Source: a virus
Lineage: Duplodnaviria > Caudoviricetes
IMG/VR virus record: IMGVR_UViG_3300037520_002130
Location: 1-29,660 of that record
Strand: one strand, 5' to 3'
Length of the DNA stretch: 29,660 nt
Positions within the stretch are counted from its first letter, which is position 1, and every line of letters starts with the position of its first letter. The translations under genes and the position numbers were made by a program. The notes under the pieces were generated by a model. That model ran no database searches and was not told the origin of the DNA. It saw only the letters and a list, made by a program, of their open reading frames with translations. Positions 17,732 to 25,723 of the stretch are shown piece after piece.

Positions 17732-19768
17732 CTATTTTTTACGTTTTGTTGGTTTTTTCACTTTAACCTCAGTTTTTTTATCCTTTTCGTTGTATGATAG
17801 AATAAATTTAGATCCTTTGTCTGGGTTGTCTGTTATTATTTTATCAGTTATTGCATCATCCACCCATTTTTGAATTGTTCTTTTCAAAATCCTTGCACCA
17901 AACCTAGTGTCAGTACCAATACTTATTATGTGTTTTTTTAAACTATCCTCAACTTCTATATCAAAATCAATTGAAGAAACTCTTTCATACACTTTTTCAA
18001 GTTCCAATTCGACTATTTTTAATAAGTCAGACTCATTAAGGTCTTTAAAGTAAATTATCTCATCAAAACGGTTAATAAATTCAGGAGCAAACTTTTTGAA
18101 TAATTCTTTTTCTAATACGGATTTTATTTCTTCTTCTTTTTTTTCTGTTTTAGAACTTGTTGAAAATCCAACACCTGTACCAAAATCCTGTACTATTTTT
18201 GTCCCAACATTAGAAGTCATTAAAATAATGCAATTTTTAAAATTAATTTTTCTTCCGTGCCCATCAGTTAAAAACCCTTCATCTAACATTTGTAAAAATA
18301 CGTTGAATATTTCAGGGTGAGCTTTTTCTATTTCATCTAATAGAATAACAGAATATGGTTTATTTTTAATTTTATTTAAGAATGGAGATCCGTCTTCATA
18401 TCCAACATAACCTGGTGATGTTCCTGTTAATTTTGATGTTGCAATTTTATCTGAAAATTCACTCATATCTAATCTAATAAGTGCATCTTCGGTATTGAAC
18501 ATATGTTTTGCTAATTGTTTTGCCAACTCAGTTTTACCAACACCTGAATTACCAATAAGTAATCCACTGAATATTGGTCTCTTTGGGTCATTCAAACCTA
18601 CTTTATTTCTTTGTATTGATCTTGATATCTTTGCAACTGCGTCGTCTTGACCAATAACCTTAGTACATAAAGTATCTTTTAAAGTTTTTAGTTGTTCTGT
18701 TTCGTCGGTTGAAATTTTTGATATTGGTATTTTTGTCATTAAAGACGCAACGTCATAAACAATGTCTTCAGTTACTTCTCTTTTAAATAGATTTCTATTT
18801 TTTTCAAATTCTGCCTTTTCCCTTTCTAAATCGTTTAAGACTTTTCTTTCTTTGTCTCTAAGATTTGCTGCTTCCTCGTATCTTTGGCTATTAATGACTC
18901 TAACTTTTTCTTCTTTTATTTCTTGTGCTTGACGTTTTAAATCCTCAATAATTTCAGGTAATTTAATTTCAACTTGAGATCTTGCACCAACCTCATCAAT
19001 AATATCAAATGCCTTATCGGGAAACTCTCTATCTGTAATGTATCTATCTGCCAATTCAACACATAGTTTTAATATATCATCACTATATGTTACCTTGTGG
19101 TGATCCTCATACCTTTCTTTTGAATTTTGAAGGATTTGTAATGTCTCTTCTTTTGTTGATGGATCAACCATAACTTTCTGAAATCTTCTTTCAAGTGCTC
19201 CGTCTTTTTCAATATTTTTTCTATACTCTTCTAAAGTGGTTGCTCCGATACATTGAAGTTCTCCTCTTGAAAGTGCTGGTTTAAAAATATTTGAAGCGTC
19301 CATTGATCCAGATGCGTTACCCGCACCAATCATTGTATGTATCTCGTCAATGAATATAATAATGTCAGGATTATTATATAACTCTTCCATTATGACTTTC
19401 ATTCTTTCTTCAAACTGACCTCTATATTTTGTTCCTGCAACAATTGATGTCATGTCTAAAGAAACTATTCTTTTACCTGATAAGTTTTGTGGACAATCTC
19501 CCTCAAATATCTTTTTGGCTAACCCCTCAACAATTGCGGTTTTACCACAACCTGGTTCACCTAATATAATAGGGTTATTCTTTTTTCTTCTTGATAGAAT
19601 TTGTGCAATTCTGTTTATCTCATCTTCTCTACCAACAACAGGGTCCAATTTACCTTCTTCAGCTAATTTAATTAAGTCTCTTGAGAAATTATCTAAAACG
19701 GGTGTTTTTGATTTTGTTTCAGGTTGTTTATTTTTTGATTTATCCATGTCGTCGTAAGATTCAATCAT
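17732..19768 (-). CDS. clpC: ClpC-type AAA+ unfoldase lacking the N-terminal Clp-repeat domain
   Basis: NBD1 GEPGCGKT/FIDEIH, pore loop KYRG, UVR middle domain (QRYEEAANLRD), NBD2 GNSGVGKT/LLDEIEKAHP, GYVG loop and ClpP-docking VGF loop. Confidence 0.92.
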   Translation of the reverse strand: MIESYDDMDKSKNKQPETKSKTPVLDNFSRDLIKLAEEGKLDPVVGREDEINRIAQILSRRKKNNPIILGEPGCGKTAIVEGLAKKIFEGDCPQNLSGKRIVSLDMTSIVAGTKYRGQFEERMKVIMEELYNNPDIIIFIDEIHTMIGAGNASGSMDASNIFKPALSRGELQCIGATTLEEYRKNIEKDGALERRFQKVMVDPSTKEETLQILQNSKERYEDHHKVTYSDDILKLCVELADRYITDREFPDKAFDIIDEVGARSQVEIKLPEIIEDLKRQAQEIKEEKVRVINSQRYEEAANLRDKERKVLNDLEREKAEFEKNRNLFKREVTEDIVYDVASLMTKIPISKISTDETEQLKTLKDTLCTKVIGQDDAVAKISRSIQRNKVGLNDPKRPIFSGLLIGNSGVGKTELAKQLAKHMFNTEDALIRLDMSEFSDKIATSKLTGTSPGYVGYEDGSPFLNKIKNKPYSVILLDEIEKAHPEIFNVFLQMLDEGFLTDGHGRKINFKNCIILMTSNVGTKIVQDFGTGVGFSTSSKTEKKEEEIKSVLEKELFKKFAPEFINRFDEIIYFKDLNESDLLKIVELELEKVYERVSSIDFDIEVEDSLKKHIISIGTDTRFGARILKRTIQKWVDDAITDKIITDNPDKGSKFILSYNEKDKKTEVKVKKPTKRKK

Positions 19769-19847
19769 TGTTTAAAATTTTAATTTTTTATTTAGTTAAA
19801 GTTTAATATAATAACATATAATAATCAATGTTTTTTATGTTTTTGTA

Positions 19848-19905
19848 ATTTTGTCATATATACTGACATTTTGTCATACTTTATTTGTTTGGCATTTAAT
19901 TGGTG
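19848..19905. promoter_or_regulatory. Putative operator in the clpC / UVR-gene divergent region
   Basis: ATTTTGTCATA direct repeat (19848, 19868), palindrome TGACA-TTT-TGTCA (19864-19876) and a TTGGCA box (19889-19894). Confidence 0.5.
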
Positions 19906-19945
19906 TAAAATCATACCAAAATAAACTTATAAAAAAAATAAAATT

Positions 19946-20311
19946 ATGTTTAGTAGAAATTTTGAAAAATTATTTAACGAACTATGGTCGTCAGATCCAT
20001 TTTTAAATGGTGATAAATGGGAAAGAAAAAACTATAAGTCTGAAGATGGAAGTATTACATTTACTTACATTACAAATAAACGTGGGGACCTTAATAAACA
20101 AGACGAAGTGTCTTTATTGAAACAAAAATTAAACATTGCTGTTGATGAGCAAAATTTTGAGGAGGCAGTAGAGTTAAGGGACAAAATTAAAAATTTAGAA
20201 AAAAATAAAGAAGAACTTATAAAACTTAATAAAGAACTAGATGAATGTGTAAAAAAACAGGATTTTGAGAATGCAATCAAATTGAGAGATAAAATTAAAG
20301 GTTTAAAATAA
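19946..20311 (+). CDS. Tandem UvrB/UvrC (UVR) motif protein, candidate ClpC adaptor
   Basis: Two UVR motifs, LNIAVDEQNFEEAVELRDKIK and LDECVKKQDFENAIKLRDKIK. Divergent from clpC. Confidence 0.8.
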   Translation: MFSRNFEKLFNELWSSDPFLNGDKWERKNYKSEDGSITFTYITNKRGDLNKQDEVSLLKQKLNIAVDEQNFEEAVELRDKIKNLEKNKEELIKLNKELDECVKKQDFENAIKLRDKIKGLK

Positions 20312-20332
20312 ACTGTTCTTATTTTAGTTTTT

Positions 20333-20360
20333 AATCCACCAAATGGTGGATTTTTTATTT
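20333..20360 (+). terminator. Intrinsic terminator
   Basis: AATCCACC-AAAT-GGTGGATT stem-loop followed by a T-tract. Confidence 0.8.
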
Positions 20361-20389
20361 TTATATAATATTATGTAAAAAAAACGATT

Positions 20390-20638
20390 ATGGCTATTAA
20401 AAAAACTGAAATATTAGGGACCAAAATTATTTGTGAAATTGATTCAAGTAATTTAAAAACAACTGAATATGACACAGAGTCTAAAAAATTGGTTGTTGAA
20501 TTTAAAAATGGTATAAAATACGAATATGATGATGTTCCTCATAATATTTTTGCCCAATTAAGATTATCCGATTCGCAAGGTAAGTTTTTTAACACGTCTA
20601 TAGCAAAAACTTACAAATACAAAAAATTAGATAAATAA
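20390..20638 (+). CDS. KTSC domain protein
   Basis: SSNL....YD.....L.VEFKNG..YEY..VP......L....SQGKFFN..I pattern. Confidence 0.88.
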   Translation: MAIKKTEILGTKIICEIDSSNLKTTEYDTESKKLVVEFKNGIKYEYDDVPHNIFAQLRLSDSQGKFFNTSIAKTYKYKKLDK

Positions 20639-20660
20639 TTTTCACGCCATATTTATATAC

Positions 20661-21410
20661 ATGGCGAGTACCGAAAAAATTATCAATAGTTTTTATTTAC
20701 AAGAAACTTTTAACCCAGATTTGTGGGATAACCCTGAAAGTCCAAAAAAAGTAAAATTAAAACCTGAAATCAAAGACAGGTTATTAAAAGTTGCTAATCT
20801 ATTCATAGAATATTTAGATACCGACCTTTTTATTCAAGACATTATTTTAGTGGGATCATTAGTGGGTTATAATTGGAGTGAATTTTCCGATTTTGACATA
20901 CATATTCTAATTGATTTAAATGAGTCCGAAAATAAAAAATTAACAGAGGAATTGTTTAAATTAAAAAAAACTGTTTTTAACGCGGCTCACGATATTAGAA
21001 TAAAAGGTTATGAGACGGAATTGTACGTACAAGATTCTAATGAAAGAAATGAAAGTCAAGGAGTATATTCTTTAATGAATAATGAATGGTTAAAAACACC
21101 AGAAAGAGAAAATTTCAAAGTAGATAAGAAAAAACTTATGACCAAAGTAAATCAGTGGATGGATATTATTGATGGCGTTTTAGAAAATGCTGAAGACGAA
21201 GACATTGAAGATGCGGTCAAACTTGTAAAAAAATACAGAGAAAAATTAAGGAAGTATAGAACTTGTGGGTTACAAAAAGAAGGAGAATATTCTTATGAAA
21301 ATTTAGTATTCAAATTTTTAAGAAGAAACGGATATATTGCAAAACTTGAAAACTTTAAAAACGAGTTTGTAGATAAAAAATTATCGTTAGAACAAGAAAA
21401 TATTGAATAA
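20661..21410 (+). CDS. Pol-beta superfamily nucleotidyltransferase-like protein
   Basis: hG[S]...D.D signature DIILVGSLVGYNWSEFSDFDIHILID, with a third acidic residue candidate in ETELYVQD. Confidence 0.7.
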   Translation: MASTEKIINSFYLQETFNPDLWDNPESPKKVKLKPEIKDRLLKVANLFIEYLDTDLFIQDIILVGSLVGYNWSEFSDFDIHILIDLNESENKKLTEELFKLKKTVFNAAHDIRIKGYETELYVQDSNERNESQGVYSLMNNEWLKTPERENFKVDKKKLMTKVNQWMDIIDGVLENAEDEDIEDAVKLVKKYREKLRKYRTCGLQKEGEYSYENLVFKFLRRNGYIAKLENFKNEFVDKKLSLEQENIE

Positions 21411-21494
21411 ACAATAAATTCTTATATAACGATATATTTATATGTAGGCTTTTGCCTTAATTTTTATATTAATAAAAAAAGTAAAAAACAAAAC

Positions 21495-22898
21495 ATGGGA
21501 GATTTAAGACCTTTAGGGAGTGAAAAATTAGGAGGAATTGATAAAATCAAACGCATCATGGAGATTGCTAGATATAACGAAACTTTAAATCCAATTAAAG
21601 AAGAGGAGACTAATTCATTACAATATCATAAAACAATATCTGACGGATACACTTACGGAATAGTAAAAGAAAAAAACGGTTATATTATTAAAAAATCGTT
21701 AAATGAAGCACCAATGGAATATTTGGATAATATGAAAAGTAGAAAATATTACAGATCATATTCAGAGGCATTAAAAAGATTAAATTTAATCGTAAAAGAA
21801 TCAAATAGACTTACCGGATATCAAGAAGATATATCTTTAATTGGTGAACAAAAGTTCGTATTAAAGACTAAAAAGACTGCAGATGCCCCGCCAGCTGAAC
21901 CGGCAGGAGGAGCTGAACCGGCGGGTATGACTCCACCAGCAGGTATGGATGTACCACCGGCAGGTGCTGAACCACCAGCGGGTATGGATATGCCACCGGC
22001 GGGTATGACTCCACCAGCAGGTATGGATGTACCACCGGCAGGTGCTGAACCACCAGCGGGTATGGATATGCCACCGGCAGGTGCTGAACCACCAGCGGGT
22101 ATGGGTACTGATACAGGTATGGAACCAATGGCAGGTGCTGAACCAGGTATGGAACCGGGAATGGGTGCTGAACCAGGTATGGAACCGGGAATGGGTGCTG
22201 AACCAGGTATGGAACCGGGAATGGGTGCTGAACCAGGTATGGAAGAACCTGACATGGGAGAAGATGAAGAAGAAATGGGTCCTGTTGGTCTTAAAACTAT
22301 ACAAAAATTAACGGGAAGATTGAGTCAAAAAATTAGAATGTTTGATAAAGAAAAAGGTTTAGATTCTCAAGACATTAAATATGTTGTAAATTCAATATTA
22401 TCGGCAATTGATTTAACTAAACTTGACGATGAAGACAGAGATGATATTTTGGACAAATTAGAACAATATGAATCTTATGGTGAAGAAGGAGAAGGTGATT
22501 TAGATATGGAAGGTATGGATATGGAAGAACCTGAAATGGGTGCTGAGCCAGGTATGGAACCAGGAATGGAAGAACCTGCAATGGGTGAAGAAACTCCACA
22601 ACCTCCCGTTGCTGAGTCTAAGGTTGAAAGATTACTTATGAGTTACTTTGATGTTAAAAAATCTGAAAAACCCGTTTTAGAAGAAAAAATTAAAAAAGAA
22701 TACTTGAACCAAAAAATTAAAACTTTAAAAATTAAAAATGAAGTTATTAATATGAGTGAATCAAAAAAACAAATGGATTTAGGGGTATCTTTATTAAATG
22801 AAAACTATAAGTTTGTTGGTAAAACAAATCAAGAAAATTTAGTATTCACTAAAAATGGTAGACAAGTTAAAGTAACACCAAGAGGAAGAGTTATATGA
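21495..22898 (+). CDS. Acidic Pro/Met/Gly-repeat protein, probable head assembly/core protein
   Basis: Ordered termini flank low-complexity tandem repeats. Preceded by TATTTATA (21435-21442) and lies upstream of TerL/portal. Confidence 0.6.
   Translation: MGDLRPLGSEKLGGIDKIKRIMEIARYNETLNPIKEEETNSLQYHKTISDGYTYGIVKEKNGYIIKKSLNEAPMEYLDNMKSRKYYRSYSEALKRLNLIVKESNRLTGYQEDISLIGEQKFVLKTKKTADAPPAEPAGGAEPAGMTPPAGMDVPPAGAEPPAGMDMPPAGMTPPAGMDVPPAGAEPPAGMDMPPAGAEPPAGMGTDTGMEPMAGAEPGMEPGMGAEPGMEPGMGAEPGMEPGMGAEPGMEEPDMGEDEEEMGPVGLKTIQKLTGRLSQKIRMFDKEKGLDSQDIKYVVNSILSAIDLTKLDDEDRDDILDKLEQYESYGEEGEGDLDMEGMDMEEPEMGAEPGMEPGMEEPAMGEETPQPPVAESKVERLLMSYFDVKKSEKPVLEEKIKKEYLNQKIKTLKIKNEVINMSESKKQMDLGVSLLNENYKFVGKTNQENLVFTKNGRQVKVTPRGRVI
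21917..22078 (+). repeat. 78-bp tandem repeat x2 (PAGMTPPAGMDVPPAGAEPPAGMDMP)
   Basis: Exact copies start at 21917 and 21995. Confidence 0.92.
22134..22244 (+). repeat. 30-bp tandem repeat x3.7 (GAEPGMEPGM)
   Basis: ggtgctgaaccaggtatggaaccgggaatg at 22134, 22164 and 22194, partial at 22224. Confidence 0.93.
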
Positions 22899-23308
22899 AT
22901 TTAGTTTATGTAAACGAATTGGGACCTAACTACAGGGGAGATAATATTTACGAATTTATCTTTTCTGATATTGATGATGTTTGGGGTGAAGATTGGGATG
23001 CAGAACCAGCGGCAGGTAAACCACTACCACCTAATGTTGAATATATAAGAAAAGTAGGGGTTTTAAAAAATTCAGAAATAAATTTAACCTTAATTCAAAA
23101 CTCAGATTTTTTTGGTGTTTATGACGCAATAGAAGGTGTTATTGCTTTAGCTTGGGAAAGATCTGATAGTGATGATATTTTAATTCACAAAAGAAAAAGG
23201 TTAGTTTTTCAATACGGAGAAAGTGTTGAAACTGTAGAAAATAAATTATACGAAAGAGATGTCGTATTAAAATGGGAGAAAAATTTAGTAAGCGATGAAA
23301 CACATTAA
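22895..23308 (+). CDS. Hypothetical protein in the packaging operon
   Basis: Overlap-coupled to both neighbours (ATGA at the 5' end). No family recognised. Confidence 0.75.
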   Translation: MNLVYVNELGPNYRGDNIYEFIFSDIDDVWGEDWDAEPAAGKPLPPNVEYIRKVGVLKNSEINLTLIQNSDFFGVYDAIEGVIALAWERSDSDDILIHKRKRLVFQYGESVETVENKLYERDVVLKWEKNLVSDETH

Positions 23309-23897
23309 CCCTAAAATTGCAAGATTATTACACGAAGGTATTTCTATGTCAACATTAGAAAATATGTCTAATGATCAATTAAATTTACTATATAATAAAA
23401 TTGTTAAAGAACAAACAGTCCCACCAAACAAAACAGAGACAGTAACTGCAACTAAAACAACCGTACCACAGGGTGGAAATGCGACAGTAGCGGCAGGTTC
23501 TAAAGTTGAGGTTCAGGGAAATAGTGCTATTATAACAACAACCGAAACCGAATTAGGTGAAGAAGAAAAGGTTGGTAAAAAGAAAGAAGTTAAAGAAAGG
23601 GCTAAATCAAAAAAACAACAACAATTTTTTGGTATTGTAAGGGGAATGCAAAAAGGAGATACACCTAAAAAAGGTAAAGCAGGTGAAGCGGCTAAAGAAA
23701 TGAAACAAAAAGATGTTAAAGATTTTGCAAAAACAAAACACAAAGGTTTACCTGAAAAAGTAAAACCAAAGAAAAAAGAAACAAAAGAAGAGGATGAAGT
23801 AAAAAAACTAGAGGAGAACATAATGAGTTTAGTTGAAAAACATCTTTATCCTGAATTTAGTAAAAGAGATTTATTAAAAAATTTAAATAAAAGATAA
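23295..23897 (+). CDS. Hypothetical protein with a DUF3008-like basic segment
   Basis: AKSKKQQQFFG...A..M..KDVKDFAKTKHKGLPEKV resembles DUF3008. Confidence 0.6.
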   Translation: MKHINPKIARLLHEGISMSTLENMSNDQLNLLYNKIVKEQTVPPNKTETVTATKTTVPQGGNATVAAGSKVEVQGNSAIITTTETELGEEEKVGKKKEVKERAKSKKQQQFFGIVRGMQKGDTPKKGKAGEAAKEMKQKDVKDFAKTKHKGLPEKVKPKKKETKEEDEVKKLEENIMSLVEKHLYPEFSKRDLLKNLNKR

Positions 23898-23906
23898 ACC
23901 TGATGA

Positions 23907-25685
23907 ATGTCGTTATCAAAGGAACAAGCCTTATTAGAATATGCTAAATGTGTAAATAATACTCCTTACGCACTTAAAACATATTTACAAACTTACGACA
24001 ACACACAATCAAAATACGTTCCCTTAGAACTTTTTAATGACCAAGTAACACTTGTAAAAGATTACGATACTTGTGAAGAAAATATCGCATTAAAATATAG
24101 ACAAGCAGGGGTGTCTACAGTAACCTCAGCTTGGGCATCAAAAAGATTAGTTTTTGCTCGTAAAGAAAAACCTGAAAAAATCCTAATAATTGCAAACAAA
24201 ATGGATACTGCCGTGGAAATGGCAAATAAAGTTCGTGCATTTGTTGACCAATGGCCAAAATGGATGGGTGTTGGGTTTTCTTCTGAAAAAAACTCACAGA
24301 GACACTTTAAATTAACTAATGGTTGTGAAGTTAAGGCGGTTGCAACATCAAAAGATGCCTTACGTGGTTATACACCAACAATATTGATATTTGATGAGGC
24401 CGCGTACATCAATGCGGATGAAGACTTTTGGTCTGCTTGTATGGCGTCCCTTTCAACAGGAGGTAAAGTAATTGTAATATCAACACCAAACGGATTTGAC
24501 CCAATTTATTATTCTATTTACAGTCAGGCAGTTAAAGGAATGAATGACTTTAGAATAACTGAAATGTATTGGTTTAGAGATCCAAGATACTCTAAAGATT
24601 TACGACTAATTAAATGTGATGATATTGTTCATTATATGTTAAATAGAGGTGATTATGTTGATACAGATATCACAATTGATTATGGTGATATAAAAGTTAG
24701 TGAAAGAAACTTTGAAGAGATAAAACAAAAAATAGAAAACGAAGGGTATAAGGCTTATAGTTCTTGGTTTGAGGCAATGGCCAAAAAATTAAAGTTCGAT
24801 AAAAGAAAGATATCACAGGAGTTGGAATGTAATTTTTTAGGTTCGGGGGATAATGTTATACCCGCAGAAACTATGAAAAAAATTAAAGAAAAACACATTA
24901 AAGAACCTGAAAACAAACTTATGGGTGGGGCTCTTTGGCAATGGAAAGAACCTGTTGCGGGTCACAGATACATAATGGGCGTCGATGTATCAAGAGGAGA
25001 TAGTGAAGATTTTAGTACTTTATCTATTATTGACTTTGATGAAAGAGAACAAGTACTTGAATATATAGGTAAAGTTCCTCCTGATATTTTAGCAGAAATT
25101 GCCTATAAATGGGGTACCATGTATAATGCGTTTATTGTAACCGATATTACTGGTGGAATGGGTGTTTCGACATCAAGAAAACTACAAGAACTTGGTTATA
25201 AAAATTTATACGTTGATGGTGTTAATCCTGCAGATAAATGGAAGTGGGATCCTAAAAATCAAGATAAAATACCGGGGATTAACTTTAATTCAAAAAGAGT
25301 ATTAATCATACAGGCGTTTGAAGAAGCATTAAGATTTGATTTCTCTATGAGGTCACAAAGGTTGTTTAACGAATTAAACACTTTTGTTTATGTAAACGGT
25401 AGGCCTGATCACCAAAAAGGTCAACACGACGATTTAATCATGGCATTTGCTATGGCGGTTTATGTTGGGGAAACTTCGTTTGCACAATTAGAAAAGGCAA
25501 CTGAACAAGCAAAGGCTATGTTAGATTCTTGGTCAACAGACAAAAAAGCGTTTGCAGACTCCTCAATGAATTTTAATCCGGGGGTACCCGTATCTACTTA
25601 CAACAATAATGGATACCATAGAAACACATTAACACAAAGTGATTATGAAAAGTATTTATGGTTATTCGGTAATAGAAGAGTTTAA
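23907..25685 (+). CDS. terL: Terminase large subunit (T4 gp17-like)
   Basis: Walker A region KYRQAGVST, Walker B LIFDEAA, motif III ISTPNG, and RNase H-like nuclease motifs GVDVSRG and HDDLIMA. Confidence 0.93.
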   Translation: MSLSKEQALLEYAKCVNNTPYALKTYLQTYDNTQSKYVPLELFNDQVTLVKDYDTCEENIALKYRQAGVSTVTSAWASKRLVFARKEKPEKILIIANKMDTAVEMANKVRAFVDQWPKWMGVGFSSEKNSQRHFKLTNGCEVKAVATSKDALRGYTPTILIFDEAAYINADEDFWSACMASLSTGGKVIVISTPNGFDPIYYSIYSQAVKGMNDFRITEMYWFRDPRYSKDLRLIKCDDIVHYMLNRGDYVDTDITIDYGDIKVSERNFEEIKQKIENEGYKAYSSWFEAMAKKLKFDKRKISQELECNFLGSGDNVIPAETMKKIKEKHIKEPENKLMGGALWQWKEPVAGHRYIMGVDVSRGDSEDFSTLSIIDFDEREQVLEYIGKVPPDILAEIAYKWGTMYNAFIVTDITGGMGVSTSRKLQELGYKNLYVDGVNPADKWKWDPKNQDKIPGINFNSKRVLIIQAFEEALRFDFSMRSQRLFNELNTFVYVNGRPDHQKGQHDDLIMAFAMAVYVGETSFAQLEKATEQAKAMLDSWSTDKKAFADSSMNFNPGVPVSTYNNNGYHRNTLTQSDYEKYLWLFGNRRV

Positions 25686-25723
25686 TTTTTTCATTGTAGA
25701 ATTACTTTTAAAATAAAAAAAAT

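Noticed and set aside
17732-19768. clpC, ssrA and rpsU as evidence that this is a bacterial chromosome or prophage flank
   Set aside because: They are interleaved with T4-like TerL, portal, protease and tail genes, lack their bacterial operon context, and no integrase or att site is visible.
22134-22244. 30-bp repeats as a CRISPR array
   Set aside because: Head-to-tail with no spacers, in frame within a CDS, and no cas genes nearby.
21821-22311. Repetitive antisense and alternative-frame ORFs (e.g. HTWFSTHSRF, GSAPIPGSIP)
   Set aside because: Shadows of the in-frame tandem repeats of 21495..22898.
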